64,000 nt of DNA from Paraphysomonas bandaiensis (lineage: Eukaryota > Protista > Chrysophyceae): contig CBFFRP010000202.1 of NCBI GenBank assembly GCA_965644295.1, positions 62,001-126,000 of the forward strand. Reading direction: 5' to 3'. Under the pieces are notes generated by a model. It was not told where the DNA came from, did no database searches, and was given only the letters and a program-made list of their open reading frames with translations. Of this stretch, positions 23,410 to 38,171 are shown piece by piece (position 1 is the first letter of the stretch; every line of letters starts with the position of its first letter). A program made the position numbers and the translations under genes.

Positions 23410-26400
23410 ATGAAGGGTATCAAACACGAGAATACTCTTCATAGTTTAGACGGTGATCGTACACGAGAGATTGTAGGGGATCTTCTACATAAAGTATGCT
23501 ATATATATATAGAATGATAATATAATTAACTCTATGTATGTGTTTTTTTTATAGTTAACTAAAAGTAATGAGAGCAGAAAGCGTTTATCTCATGAAGTTT
23601 CATACTTAACTAATAAAGTAGATGAGTTATCATCAGCATTATTATTAAGTAAAATGAGAATTGGAGAATTAGAAGCATGTAATGAATGTCTTACTATGAA
23701 GTTAAATGATTTTTCTTCAACTACTACAACTGAAGATCTTCGTCTGAGAGTAATACATAACAACGTATCCTAATTGAAGTAAAATAGTTTTCAGGTAAAA
23801 CGCGAGTTGAGTGAAAAACACGACATTCGAATGCTTTTGGATACTTCACTCCGTCAAGTTGAGTCACTTTCGAAGGCTAATATAGATTTACAAAACAAAT
23901 TAAATGAACAGGTTTGTTTGCCGATTGGATGCATATTTATGATTTCAGCGATTATAGGTCATCCCCAAACGTCAAGCCTCCAGTGATGGCCTCAAGAGTG
24001 CAAAGATTGATGAGTTAAAGACAGCACTAGATAATTTGAAATGGGGATTCAAATTACGGTAAGTTTTCTATTTCACTATTTGAAGTAGCTAAGTTGAGTC
24101 GTCCAGAGAAAGGCAACTTCAGTCAGAGCTTGGAGAGCACAAGAAATTGATAGAAGCGATGAGACTTTCTCAACAACGAACTAGAAACGTCGTTAGGTAA
24201 AATCCACTTATATGCGCCGCTCGGTTATACCTCATGCATGTGTGTGCACATGCTATTAGGAACATCGCCGAGGTGGCTTGTAACGTTATAGATGAAAGCG
24301 ATACAACTACCAATGGTGCTAAATCTAGCCAGACACACGATATGCTACCCTCCTATCCTGATGCTGCCTTGGTGAATACTCCAATGCTTGAATCAGCCTC
24401 AGGACAGGCCCTCGATTTTTCTTCTCCTCTAACGATGCCGCAATATGAAGAAGAGGATGATGGAAGTGGGGACGACGGAGACCATGTGATGGATGCTGCA
24501 AGCGCCGATCATAAGCTAGCGTTTTTGGAGAACGAGTTGCGGGAAGCTCGTGAGGAGTCACATACTAGTAAAGTACATAACGATCATTTGCGTGCTCAGG
24601 TGGAGGATCTATTAGCTGTGATAGGTGAAATGGAATCTTCACTGCGTTGTGGCCTGGATAGTTATATTTGCATGGATGACAGCGAGTTTAGCGAAGCTTT
24701 TGAGGAATCACTAAAATCACTAGATGAAAGCTTGACGAGCAGTCACCTTGATCGACTCCAGCGTACATTTGCTGATGAGGTTGGCGTGCTAGTTCGATGG
24801 TTGGATAAATTGCATTGTCAGAAACCTGCCGTATCCGCCGTAGAAGGTTCTAATGTGGATAGATCCGACTCCACTTTCCCGGCCACTGAAACTCCTTTAC
24901 TGGAAGACAAAGAAAGTGAGTTGCAGCAACACCTACAGAGATTGACTAATGAATGGGAATCACGCTTTAAATCTTTGCAATGTGAAAAAGATGTAGAAAT
25001 ACAGAATTTCAAAGAATTACTACGTGTATCAGAATCAAAAGTTGAAGATAACGAAAGCCGTATAAGTGAGCTAGAAGCACAACTATACACTCTGAGAAAT
25101 CAGAATGAACAAATGCGTGAATCTGAAATTAAGCAAAGACATGAGCACCAACAGGAACTTGCTGTGTTAAAGAGTGGGGCCGAGCAAGAGGCTCAGGAGG
25201 CCGCGGAGCTGAAGGAAGGTGAATTGTTGCGACAGATTCAAGAGCTAACAGAGGCCCTACGTGAGTCTGACTCAATAGCTGAGGCCCAACGAGAGTCTTA
25301 TGAATCTCGCGAGCGGGATTTGATGGATGAGATCAACGACCTGTCTGATCGCGTCAGTGAGGCTAATGGTGCACTTCAAGAGATAGATATGTTGAGGGGC
25401 ACAGTGTCCGCGCTGCAGAAAGATAAGGATTCGATGACCCAAGAGCTCGAAAATGTATGGGCTGAATTTGAAGAATCGATGAGGGAAGCAGACAACTTGA
25501 AGGAAGAGATTAAGGAATTAAAGGGTGTTGGTGTGAGTACGTCAGAGAAATCAAGCCACTTAGAAGCTGAAAGGACTGAGCTAATTAACCGTCTAGCCGC
25601 ACTGCAGGAAGAAAAAAGTTGTTCAGATGCGAAGGAGCAACGTTTGATTGACCAACTTGATAGCTTGCAATTCCGATATGATGAGCTTCAGTTAGCAGCT
25701 ACCAGTAACGAAGACCAGGTATCAGCAGAGCAGCAATTACGTAAGGAGCTTGATTCTTCGCGTGCGTCCGAGCAAAAGCTTGTCGCCGACCTTCAAGCGT
25801 TGACTGAAGAAAGAGATAATCTAGTTACAGTTATCAAGGACTTAGAGTCGACTTTAGCTGAGCTTAGGAGCCAATGCGATGATTACGAAAAAAATATGGA
25901 GGAGTTACAATCCAAAGACGAACTTATTGCCCGATGTGAACAATTTGAATCTGATATACGTGATTTAGAGCGTTCTATAGAATCTAAAAGCACTGAATTG
26001 GAACAGGAACGTGCTGTAGTAGCTGATCAATCTATTGTAGTGAACGATCTTCGCAACCTCCAGCATGACTTAGAAGAGAAAATTTATATTCTCGAATCCG
26101 AGTTGCAACTGAAAGAGAAAGACATGAGGGACAGCATTGCAACCGTAGAAGCTCTACAGGGATCAGTTGACAAATTGTCTTCCTGTAACCGGGAGCTAGA
26201 AGGGAACAACGATGAATTGCGTTCACGGTACATGGAATTAGAATCTCGACATATAGCTCTTCAGAGTGAAGTTGAAAACATCACTTATGCAAAGGCGAAT
26301 GAGTTGGATTCACTGATGGCACGAAATGATGAATTGTCTGCTGATGTTTCGGAATTACGAAGTACTTTGCATCAAAAGAAAGAGGAAATGAAGGTAAATC

Positions 26401-29400
26401 TCAAAGCCATTGAAGAGCTACAAGATAGTGTTGAAAACTTGATTTCACGCGAGAAGTACCTGTCAGATAATAACAGTAACCTTCAAGCGAATTGTCAGCA
26501 TTTGGAGCGTCGTATTGACGAACTCAATCTTGCAATAACATCTAAAGAAGATGAAATGTCGACTATTCTTGCTCGAGAGGAATCACTGCAGTCCGAAAAG
26601 GAAGTGCTACAGTCTCGTTGCTCAGACTTGGAATCTCTTGTTGTAGAAATGCAGTCTAGTGGCAGACGCGATGACTCCGATGTCAGTTGTGGTAACGGTG
26701 ATGAAACTACGATTTCCACCCTGTCAGAACGCTGTTCTGACCTAGAGTCGATCGTAATCGAATTACAGAAATTAATTGCGGATAAAACGGAAGAAGTTCA
26801 GGTTGCGAAAGCTAGTGAGAATGAGTTAAAAATGGAATTGGAAGAGATGTCTGTTCAATGTGAAGAGTACCTCCGTGTTATTGATAGTCTGCAGGAAAGC
26901 AATAAAACTGAGCAGGTAAATTCTATTAGAGAAGTGTCGTTGTCAGAGAGTGCTTTTGGACCTGCATCTTTGTTGGAAATGGCCGAAAATGCATCATTAG
27001 AAGTTGAAATGGCGGATATGAGAAGTCGGCTGGATGATGTTAATGCTGCGCTGGAGGATGCCCTGTCGTCAAAAATGGAGTTAGAGGAGCGTTGCGAAAC
27101 CCTACAGAGCAGTGTGGACTCTCTTCAACAAAGGCTTGTGTCTGCTGAGACCTTATCGAGAGAATCTACCACTCCGTCTAGGGGTAAAGGTCGCAATCCC
27201 GCTCTCACGGCTCTGGAAGGTCGTGTGGCCCAACTTTTGGAAGATGTCCATAATGCTTCTGCCCGTGAATCGGAGATGCGAGATGAGCTACATCAACTGC
27301 GAACAACTAATAAGAAATTAGAAGAGTCTAAGGACTCCTTAGAGCTCAGAGTAGCGGAGTTACAAGACTTGGTTGCTGAGATGTCGGAGGCGCTACAAGT
27401 GGTTAAGCTACAGTTCGCTGAGGGCGAGGAGAAGATTAGGAATTTAGAGAATAGTCTACGACAAACGACAACACAACTGAATGATTCACAAGCTGACCTA
27501 TTGGTGGAACGTGATAGAAGTGAAGCCTTGGAGTCAAGAGTTAATGAGTTGGAAGAAAAAGGACTGAAAAATATTGCTGAGTTAAAGAAGCAGCAGAAAG
27601 TCTTTGATTCTAGTGATAGTAGATGCACTAACGGGCCCCAACAACCGAAGGCTGGGGCGAATTGGTGGTCTATTGATGGAGATAGCGATACAGAAATGGA
27701 TGCTTATTCCAATGGTTCTACCCCTCCTCGACCGCGTAGTCATGATAATTCTGTTCCAGATTCACCTCATGGTGGAAAAGGTGTGGAGTTAAAACGCCTC
27801 ACTTCTGAGATATCAAGTCTCAAAACAACCATTCAAGAGCTGACGGCAGCTTGCGCAGAGAAAGATTCTGTACTCGATATGTACTCAGACATGAACAAAT
27901 CACATGAATCGGAGCTTGAGCAATTGAGAAATAAACTTCAATGTGCTTATGATGAGCACTCTTCTTGTTCAGTAAAGATTAAAGATCTGGAGTCTGCCCT
28001 ACATGCCGCGAAAGATAGTGAACTTCAATCAACAACCCAAAATGCTATGTTGTTGGATAGTAAATTTGATTTGGAGCGAGCGAAGGGAATATTAGAGGAT
28101 GAAGTTAAACTCTTACGAGCAACCATGCAGACGGAAGAAAATTGGAAATATACACTTGAGGAACAACAGCGTCGCATTTCCGAATTAGAAAGCAAGTTGC
28201 AGGGGTGTATGGACGAGGCAGATATCTCGGAATTAAAAAGTAAATATAGTAAGTTAGAAGTTGTCAATAAGAGTGCCTCAGATAGTATTGCTGAGCTTCA
28301 AGTCGCTCTAGAGGAAGCTCATTCCCAAAAATCAATGGCATTTCAACGGGAAAATGAATTGCGTGATGAATTGTCACAGTTACGAACGGAAATGTCTGGT
28401 CTGCTAGCGGACAAGCAGGTTCTCTCGGATACAAGTGAGTCTTTACGAAAAGAAATTGAATCCTTGACACAGAGAATTGAAGAATTAGAAGGTTTGCTAA
28501 GCTCTGAAAAGGAGGCGTTTGAGCAGGAGGCAGTTAGATGGAACAGCGATTTAGCTGCAGCGCAAGAGAATATCGAGACTTCGGAGGAAGCTAATGCACG
28601 ACTATCGGAGTTACTTGAAGAGGCCGAGTCAGAATCTGAAGTACAAATATCACAATTAAAATCTGAGCTTTCGTCGGCATTAGTTCAATGTAAAGAATTA
28701 CAAATAAGTGTCGATGAGTTGTCTGGACGGTTAGATGCGTTAAAAGCTGAGAAGGAGTTATTGTTTACGGAGAAAGAGAGTCTTCGATACTCTCTGGAGG
28801 AAGCTGTTGCGGCTCACAGCACTCAAGCAAGTGAAAGAGTACTGGCTACTGAAGAATCGAATAGGAAACTGAAGATGGAAGTCGAAGATATTCGTAGCCA
28901 GCTTCAGATTGCGGAGGATGCATTGGTAGCCAGCGAAGAGAAGGCAACCCGGTTGCAATTAGACCTTTCTGCTTCGTCTGATATGTGTCGAAAAATTGAA
29001 GCGGAGCTAGCGAAAGAATCTTCCCTGAAAGAAGCTTTACAAGACCACTTTACATCTACGTTAGAGAAAGTTAATGTTATTAATTCACAATTAGAGGCCA
29101 AACTCGAGCGGTATAATTCCAATATATTGGGGCTGGAAATGGAGATTCGGTCTTTACAAGAGTCTCTGGATTCTTCCCGAACACAATGTGATTCTGCAGA
29201 GGAAGAGCTAATGGAGGCCCGTCAAGAGAGTAAGGAGCTACAAATCGCGTTGGATGATGCTCATACACAACTTGAGATCGCTCGTGATTCTCTTTCAGCA
29301 CAAGGTGCGTCAGCAAAAAGCGAGAAGGATGCTTTGGAATCTACAATGAAGGAAAATTCTGATCTTCGGCTACAACTCTCGGAGCTTGAATTAGTACTCG

Positions 29401-32400
29401 ATGTATCAAAACAGAAGGTAGTTGGCTTGGAGCATGAACTGGCGACACGATTGAAACAGTTCGCGAGTACTGATGCGGAGCTTAACGACCATCTTCGTTG
29501 TATCCTTCAAAAAGTAGACCGATTAGAGCAAGATATATGCTCACTGACAATGGAGAAACAAGTGCTGGAGAACTCTTTACAATCCTCACGACACGAGTGT
29601 GATCGTGCCGAGGAAGAGCTTGTTGAGTGCTGTCACAAAGTGAAGGACCTTCAAGAGCAAGTCGACACCCTTTCTGCGGACCTTAGAAATAAGGAGTCCG
29701 ACGTACATCGCCTCAATGAGTGGGTGCTAGAACTTGAATCGAATGCAGATCGTATCGTCCAGCTTGAAACTGACCGAAAAGAAATATGCGAAGCACTTGA
29801 ACAATCTGAAAGCGATAAATCGTCTTTGGAGTCGAAGGTACACGCTCTGAACGAAGAGTTAAGAGAGTCGAAGTGCCAGTGTGAGCTATTCGAAAGTGAT
29901 GTTATTCGTCTTGAAGCTTTGGTTTGTGACATAACCAGTGAGAAGAGTGCGTTGGCTTCCAAATTGTGTGAGATCAACGATAAACTTACCAATTCTGAAA
30001 ATAAATGTTTATCTCTTGTCATCGAGTTAGAAGCGGCAAATATATCCGGTGACGGCAGTGTAAACCACTCTGCAGCGGAACAGGAGAGATTGACAGAGGA
30101 TAATGTGGAATTATCTGTAAAAATTAAAGAATTGGAGAGTGAAAATGTGACATTATTGGAGTCGCAGCGAAATTTGCGTTCAGAAATAAGTGATCTCACT
30201 GCTGAAAATGAATCCTTAAAACTCTCGCAACACGACGATGATTCAAAGACGATTACTTCTGCTCTGGAGCGACTACAGGTGGAGCTAGACCGTAAATCCA
30301 AGGACCTTGCGGATGTGTATGCTGAGATGGAGCAGTTACAGGAATATCTTGAGGTTGTGGAGTCAGAGAAATCTGACCTTACAATTCGGTGCAAAGATCT
30401 GGAGAAGCAACTATCAGATACTAGAGATGAGCTGGAGGAAGCTGTACTTTCCGCGGCTAGTGACAAACATGATGCCGAGAAGTATAGAGCAGAAGTAGAT
30501 GAGATGACACAGAAGCTCTTGTGTTCGGAGAAGGAATTGGCAACTGCGCAGCTGCAATTACAAAAAGCTCTTTCGTGTGGCAGTGAAGAGGAAAAGACTT
30601 CCTACGACCCTCCTGGAGCTGTATCCCCTGTCCCTGGTACAGAAGATGATTTGCAAGGTGTTTTGGCATTTGTGCGAAAACTAAATGGTTATATGTACGA
30701 TGCTGCTTCCGTTCTCGTACCCGACATTGTCAATGATGATGACCCAGAATATTACTCTATTCCTATGGGTACGGCGTTTGATGTACACAAAACGATATCC
30801 AATCGCAGTGTACATGCTTTGCAAGTGGCCACGAAACAGTGTAGCGATCTGAAAAGAGAACTGCTTCAAGCTCGACATGATTTAGAAGAAGCAGAGCAGC
30901 AGGCAGCAGACACAAATGAAATGTTACAGTTCCAAAAGAAAAAGATAGATAATCTTAAAGCTAGCAAAAAGAAGCTATTGGAGGAAATCGATAGTCTTCA
31001 AGCACAAACGAGTCAAATAGACTCTGCTCAATTTGGTACTGATTCATCACGTCAACAAGTGCTTACTCACGGGAACCCCATGGAGTCAGAATTATTGCCA
31101 AAAGAAGAAGCTGCCCAGAATGGCTCTATAAACAAGGTCACCTCACAGTTTGATAACGTGGCCGATGATCAAGAGTCCCACTCATTGTCCGAAATAGTTC
31201 AAAAACTCCAAAATGATAACGAATCCCTGAATATAAGTACAGTAAAATCAGCTGTGGAGAAATTCCAGAGTGAGAACGAGTACTTGAAGGAGCAGATGAC
31301 TATTTTATCATCAGAGAACGAGTCATTGAGAGAGCAGAGTATAGCTTCTGAACCGTTGATCAGTGAGTCCGATCTCGGTGTCTTGAAGTCGGCTGTGGAG
31401 AAATTCCAGAGTGAGAACGAGTACTTGAAGGAGCAGATGAGTATTTTATCGTCCGAGAACGAGTCATTGAGAGAGCAGAGTATAGCTTCTGAACCGTTGA
31501 TCAGTGAGTCCGATCTCGGTGTCTTGAAGTCGGCTGTGGAGAAGTTCCAGAGTGAGAACGAGTACTTGAAGGAGCAGATGAGTATTTTATCGTCCGAGAA
31601 CGAGTCATTGAGAGAGCAGAGTATAGCTTCTGAACCGTTGATCAGTGAGTCCGATCTTGGTGTCTTGAAGTCGGCTGTGGAGAAGTTCCAGAGTGAGAAC
31701 GAGTACTTGAAGGAGCAGATGAGTATTTTATCGTCCGAGAACGAGTCATTGAGAGAGCAGAGTATAGCTTCTGAACCGTTGATCAATGAGTCCGATCTTG
31801 GTGTCTTGAAGTCGGCTGTGGAGAAGTTCCAGAGTGAGAACGAGTACTTGAAGGAGCAGATGAGTATTTTATCGTCCGAGAACGAGTCATTGAGAGAGCA
31901 GAGTATAGCTTCTGAACCGTTGATCAGTGAGTCCGATCTTGGTGTCTTGAAGTCGGCTGTGGAGAAGTTCCAGAGTGAGAACGAGTACTTGAAGGAGCAG
32001 ATGAGTATTTTATCGTCCGAGAACGAGTCATTGAGAGAGCAGAGTATAGCTTCTGAACCGTTGATCAGTGAGTCCGATCTTGGTGTCTTGAAGTCGGCTG
32101 TGGAGAAGTTCCAGAGTGAGAACGAGTACTTGAAGGAGCAGATGAGTATTTTATCGTCCGAGAACGAGTCATTGAGAGAGCAGAGTATAGCTTCTGAACC
32201 GTTGATCAGTGAGTCCGATCTCGGTGTCTTGAAGTCGGCTGTGGAGAAGTTCCAGAGTGAGAACGAGTACTTGAAGGAGCAGATGAGTATTTTATCGTCC
32301 GAGAACGAGTCATTGAGAGAGCAGAGTATAGCTTCTGAACCGTTGATCAGTGAGTCCGATCTCGGTGTCTTGAAGTCGGCTGTGGAGAAGTTCCAGAGTG

Positions 32401-35039
32401 AGAACGAGTACTTGAAGGAGCAGATGAGTATTTTATCGTCCGAGAACGAGTCATTGAGAGAGCAGAGTATAGCTTCTGAACCGTTGATCAGTGAGTCCGA
32501 TCTCGGTGTCTTGAAGTCGGCTGTGGAGAAGTTCCAGAGTGAGAACGAGTACTTGAAGGAGCAGATGAGTATTTTATCGTCCGAGAACGAGTCATTGAGA
32601 GAGCAGAGTATAGCTTCTGAACCGTTGATCAGTGAGTCCGATCTCGGTGTCTTGAAGTCGGCTGTGGAGAAGTTCCAGAGTGAGAACGAGTACTTGAAGG
32701 AGCAGATGAGTATTTTATCGTCCGAGAACGAGTCATTGAGAGAGCAGAGTATAGCTTCTGAACCGTTGATCAGTGAGTCCGATCTCGGTGTCTTGAAGTC
32801 GGCTGTGGAGAAGTTCCAGAGTGAGAACGAGTACTTGAAGGAGCAGATGAGTATTTTATCGTCCGAGAACGAGTCATTGAGAGAGCAGAGTATAGCTTCT
32901 GAACCGTTGATCAGTGAGTCCGATCTCGGTGTCTTGAAGTCGGCTGTGGAGAAATTCCAGAGTGAGAACGAGTACTTGAAGGAGCAGATGAGTATTTTAT
33001 CGTCCGAGAACGAGTCATTGAGAGAGCAGAGTATAGCTTCTGAACCGTTGATCAGTGAGTCCGATCTTGGTGTCTTGAAGTCGGCTGTGGAGAAGTTCCA
33101 GAGTGAGAACGAGTACTTGAAGGAGCAGATGAGTATTTTATCGTCCGAGAACGAGTCATTGAGAGAGCAGAGTATAGCTTCTGAACCGTTGATCAGTGAG
33201 TCCGATCTCGGTGTCTTGAAGTCGGCTGTGGAGAAGTTCCAGAGTGAGAACGAGTACTTGAAGGAGCAGATGAGTGTTTTATCGTCAGAAGTCGATCGGA
33301 TGAGGAATAATAGGTTTGGGAATGAGGATCTTATTAGCGCAGAGGATTTGAGTGCACTGAATTCATCTTTGAAAAACATACGGAATGAGAAGGAGCTGTT
33401 AGAGGAGGAAGCAGAAGTTCTTCGTGCAGAGAATGATTTACTTAACACACGAGTTGATGAAATTGAAATTTCTCGAGCCGAATTGAGTCGGGAAGTGCAC
33501 CGTCTCAAGGAGTCTCTCTCCGAACTTAACCATTCTAGTGATGAAGTTGAGAATTTGGAGATGAGAATTAGTAAGTTACAGCAGCAACTGAGTGCTTCGA
33601 AGAAGCACTCTGCGTCACAGGAAGCCCGTTTGTATGAACTTGAAGCCATGTGCGCGGATTTGAGACATACGAATATGGATCAAGCTGGTACGGTAGATAC
33701 ACTACAGAAGCAAAACGCTGAGTATGAAGCTACTATTAAAGATCTTTCTCAAACTATTCGCTATCATGAAGCCAAAATTGTTGACCTCGAAGGAGAACTT
33801 GAAGTTGCTACCGGACAGACTTTTGGTTCGGAAATTAAAGATATTAAGTTGCGAGACTTAGAGAGTAAAATTCAGAAACTGACAGGTGTGTACGTGTTTT
33901 GGACATTTATTTTTTAGTTTATATACCCTAGTGGAGCGAGATAACCTCGAGGCGGAATTGAATAACAAATCTGAGAGTCTGAAAGCACTGTTTGATAAAG
34001 AAAAAGAATCTCTTGAAACAGAAAACTCTAATTTACAGCGAAAAGTGGAGGTAGGTGTGATGTTTGTATTGTTTTATGATATCAGCGATTCACAATGAAT
34101 CCACAGGAGTTTGAGGAAGAGAGGGCGGGATACCGTGAAGCTGTTAGTACTGCCTACGAGGAGGCGAGTCGAATGATCAGTGCTGCCGATACAAAGCAAG
34201 ACAGCAGTTCATCCGGATCGATCATTGCCAATGTAATGGGCTCCACTAAACGGCAGGCGGAACAGATATCTAGCTTGAAGAGGCAGGTGAAGGAGCTGAA
34301 GCATCTTGAGCAATTGCGCCCCCAGCTATTGGATCTTCAACAGCAGTTGAGTGCAGCGAATCGAAATACGGAAACGCAAAAAGAAATCGCTGACGAGGAG
34401 ATAGCGACACTCACCGACCACAACCAACAGTTAGCTGCGGCGGTTATAGAGTACAAGCAATCTACCGAAAGACTAGAATCTGAAGTCAGTGAGGCACGAG
34501 CCCTGGTAGTGCAGCTCACTGATCGTGTCAAGCATCTAGAGAGTGAAGGCAGACAGCTCGTGATCGATCTCGAAGATGCCCGGTACGAGACTCAACAAAT
34601 ACGAGAGGCATCGGCTGACCCAGTGATTGTCAACGAGCTGGAAGCTAAAGTTCAAGAGTTGGAAAGTAAGATTTTCTTACCTGCAGTACCTGTTGTAAAT
34701 GATACTTGGTAGACGACAAGGGGTTTTGGCAGAGAAAGGCACAACATCTCTCTAAGGATATTGTTCGACTCCAGACCAAAGGAAAAGATATATCCGAACT
34801 TAGTGAGGAGAACCTGTCGCTGAAGAAACGTGTAGAGGTTTGTGACAGGAGATTAATTTCATTTATGTACATTCAAAATAATATTATTGAAATCATGTGT
34901 ATGTAATTCCACTAAAACGTGTTTGCAGGAGCTTTTGGTCGAGAGAGATGCATTCAAATCTGCTCTAGAGCAGACAATAGACGAGTCGAATCCAGTAACC
35001 CCTGCTCGTAAAGGTATTTTTGGACGGAAGAAGAAGTAG
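23410..35039 (+). CDS. Giant (>3400 aa) coiled-coil protein of unknown function; several short 5' and 3' exons around one approximately 9.6-kb exon
   Basis: 3227-aa open frame at 24234-33917, rich in E/L/S/K heptads. GT-AG exons extend it upstream to ATG 23410 (MKGIKHENT) and downstream to ..GIFGRKKK* at 35039. Confidence 0.85.
31244..33290 (+). repeat. 141-bp (47-aa) coding tandem repeat, about 14.5 nearly identical copies
   Basis: gctgtggaga occurs at 31251, 31392 ... 33225 (14 x 141 bp). Unit: LISESDLGVLKSAVEKFQSENEYLKEQMSILSSENESLREQSIASEP. Confidence 0.97.
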
Positions 35040-36431
35040 TACTCTAGGATTGAAGAGCGCCAATTCATCCCGTGTTAGCAATATTTTGTGATAGTTGTGG
35101 TTTGTCTGAAGCTTCCTTGTGATATTCTGTCTGATGGTAAATGTTGTTTGCACCGTGATATATTTCTATATTGCTTAGATTTGCTGGTACTTGACTTTCA
35201 AGACACCATTCTAGTATGTTCATATATAGTTTTACTACAACGTTGAATTTATTATTATTATTTGCTAGTGCTGTCGAGTAATTCCTGTGCACATATACTG
35301 TGCAGTAGACTTCTACTTCTACTTCTACTTCAATATTCTGTTGCATGCGCTTCGAGACTTTTGACAGTCTACATAGTTACGCTTCCGTACTGGAGGATTA
35401 TCTACTTCTGAGACGGACGATTACATCGTAATTGTCCGTTTATATCGTAAGTCGTTCCATAGATCATTCGACGTTCTAATGTGAAGTTGGTACTTTGCAA
35501 TTAGCTTAGTACAGGCTACACAGACTCTAAAAAATATTATATTGAGTAGTGGCTGGAAAGGAGATATACAAGTATAGTGCATAGTAAAAATGGGTAGTTT
35601 CTTGAGTTATTATGATGGTACAAGAATAAGGTAGTATGATAATAGTATAGGTAGTTAAATCAGAAGATATCACTGTTAGGACTGCATATAGGGTTGGAAT
35701 TTGGAATGCTCTTAGGCTATCCGCATATACGAAAGCAACGGATGTTTATGGTAACCTATATATGAAAGTCCTATTATTAGCAATAGGTGGTGTCGAGAAT
35801 CAGCACCAGATAAGTAGTAGATGAAAACTGATCAAGCTAGATTGACTTCTACCTGTAACTAACTTGTACAAATCCTACTATATAACGCTACGAAAGCTGC
35901 TTGTGCGTCGCCAAGGTGCGACCATCTCCGCTCTTGCATGTGAGCGAGAAGATCTCTATTACCATGTACACAGTAGTTGGGTAGAAGTATATATAGGTAG
36001 TCTGTAGGGTGATAAGAATAAGAAATTTGTAGGGTTTACAAATTTCTACCTGGAGAACTATGCGTATGTTGTACATATGTACATATATATAATAGTTATG
36101 GATTTGGGATTGATTGGTAATTTTATATTATAAACAAATATCAAGGAGAACAGATGCTTATTGATAGGTTGATAGTTATAATTCTTTCTTGAAAGTACGT
36201 TGTGTGCTATACGACCTTACTCTCCAAGACTGCCTCGCAATTTGTTAGCTTTTTCAGCGAAATGTTGCCAGCTTTACTTAATATATCCTTCTCTGCATAA
36301 AATTCATAATTGTCTCCAGTTCCTGTTTTATAGGTTTTTGACTCCTTTTCCATTGGCCTGATCAATAATATGTGTAAATCCTAAGCGAAACTCAGCATAT
36401 ACATAAGCAATTAATGACACTGGAAAACAAC

Positions 36432-36659
36432 CAGGGCTAATAATTGCAAATGGTTTTTAGCAATTATGAGTTATAGCTCGCGCAATTATAAATGCAATTT
36501 AATTGGCAATTATAGTCTAATTAAATGGGTTACTCATTACAAGCACGATTAGCATCTTCAACTGTACTTGCATTCCACAGAAGTCTATTAAAGCGCAAGA
36601 TAATTGCCAATTAATTGCAGCTTTCCAGGAGCAATTCAATTAATTGTTACGCAGCCCTG
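36432..36659. mobile_element. hAT MITE with 8-bp target-site duplication
   Basis: Termini cagggct...agccctg; flanks aaaacaac (36424-36431) and ataacaac (36660-36667), 7/8 identical. The right end (ttaattg..acgcagccctg) resembles the ends at 14270 and 51725. Confidence 0.8.
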
Positions 36660-36985
36660 ATAACAACATACATGTCTACTCCATAAATATTCTGGCACAG
36701 AGTCAGGTTGTTGGAGTTGAGGATGCTGCTTGTACTGGAGTTATAATCAGTAGTCCAGTAAAGTCAAGTTGACAATTTGGATTATATATATGATACTAAT
36801 ACGAATACTGCAGTATACAAAGCTTTACAATAGTTGCTGATGGATAACTACTATACATATTTTCTTTTTCTGCTGTATCCTCTTACTGTAATTTCTTAAA
36901 TACAAATTAGAATGGCATGATGACATTCCATTGTTTGATGCTGTATGCAAATAAAATAATATAGACGAATATGTGTGTATGAACC

Positions 36986-38171
36986 TTATTGTAAACTCTT
37001 CATATTCAGTGGGCCCAACGTACTACCTTTCCCAGAAACATTCTTATTATTGGCCAGGTGTGCTCGTATTTCAATCTGTTTGGTACGAAGTCTCTGAGGC
37101 GGGGCATGGTTAACTCTATGACTTGGGCGGATTCTACTTGAATGATACATATGTGTGCTATTTTGTATCACAAACGATGTCTCGTTCTGTACTGCGGATG
37201 GAATCTGCATTCTGCTCGCGTTGCTGGCAATCCATTCGGCAAAACAAAATTCCCGCTGATGAAATGCATTTAGACTTCTATAGAATGCTATAGTTCCGGA
37301 AGTTCCTGACTGGTAGGTGCCACGGAAGAAGCCGGCATAAGTAGCTATAGCCATTTCGACGACCTAAAACACAATTACAGAATCCTAGTCTCAAAAGAAA
37401 CATATATACGATATGTCATACAAAAAATTCATATCAATTTTCAATATCTTGTACCGTAAGGAAAAGCGATGTGCGGTTGGTCTGTCTTACACCATGGAGG
37501 GAAATGGAGTAAGGAGGAGGCAGAGGGCTGTCCTCGAACTGATGGAACACTAATATCTTAGGTTGCTCCCCCCTTTTCCTATCTCTATTATATCTATCCA
37601 AAAACTGCCTCTGCGTGTGAGGATCATCAGTCATAAGGTACACGCTACGCCACTCAGGTTGTTCCTCTACAAAGTCAAAATATATAGTATTATTTCTCCC
37701 TTCGTGGTGAGGATAACGAGTATCGAGATCGGTATGTCGAACGTGTAGTGCAGCAGCAGCGCATATATGATGAGTATGCACAAACTCTAGAACCGTTTTG
37801 TTTACCAGTGGAACAAAACTAAATGATTGTATAATATTCAGTCTATCAATCTCTGTTGCTAAACTGACATTCACAGATTGAAAGTGTTCCATAATTTCAC
37901 TCCGATGAGAGTGATATGTTCCATTAAAAAATGCAACTGCTCCTGAAACAAGATATACTGCATCTTTATCTTGTATAAATGTTACATTGGGATGAGGTTC
38001 GTATACTTCAAGTATATGTCCCACACACGCATGATTTGTGTCCCATGAATAAAACAAGTGAGACTTATATGCATGCTTAGCTGCATACATATACAAGATT
38101 AAATTCAACATACGAGCATTAAATCCTGATACAATTCCAGTGACGAGGATATATGGTATGGTAGAGTCCAT
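36986..38171 (-). CDS. Putative fucosyltransferase-like glycosyltransferase (GT23/O-FucT-like); 2 or more exons, 5' end uncertain
   Basis: SGFNARM, ALHVRHTD, VYLMTDDP and FFRGTYQSGTS resemble GDP-fucose-binding motifs I-III. An intron at about 37365-37454 joins the two ORFs in frame. Confidence 0.6.

Noticed and set aside
31199-33649. 816-aa antisense ORF
   Set aside because: Shadow of a repeat unit that lacks a stop in that antisense frame; no independent coding evidence.
35400-36400. Possible gene or TE fragment in a long intergenic region
   Set aside because: Only short ORFs with no recognisable motifs or consistent splice pattern.
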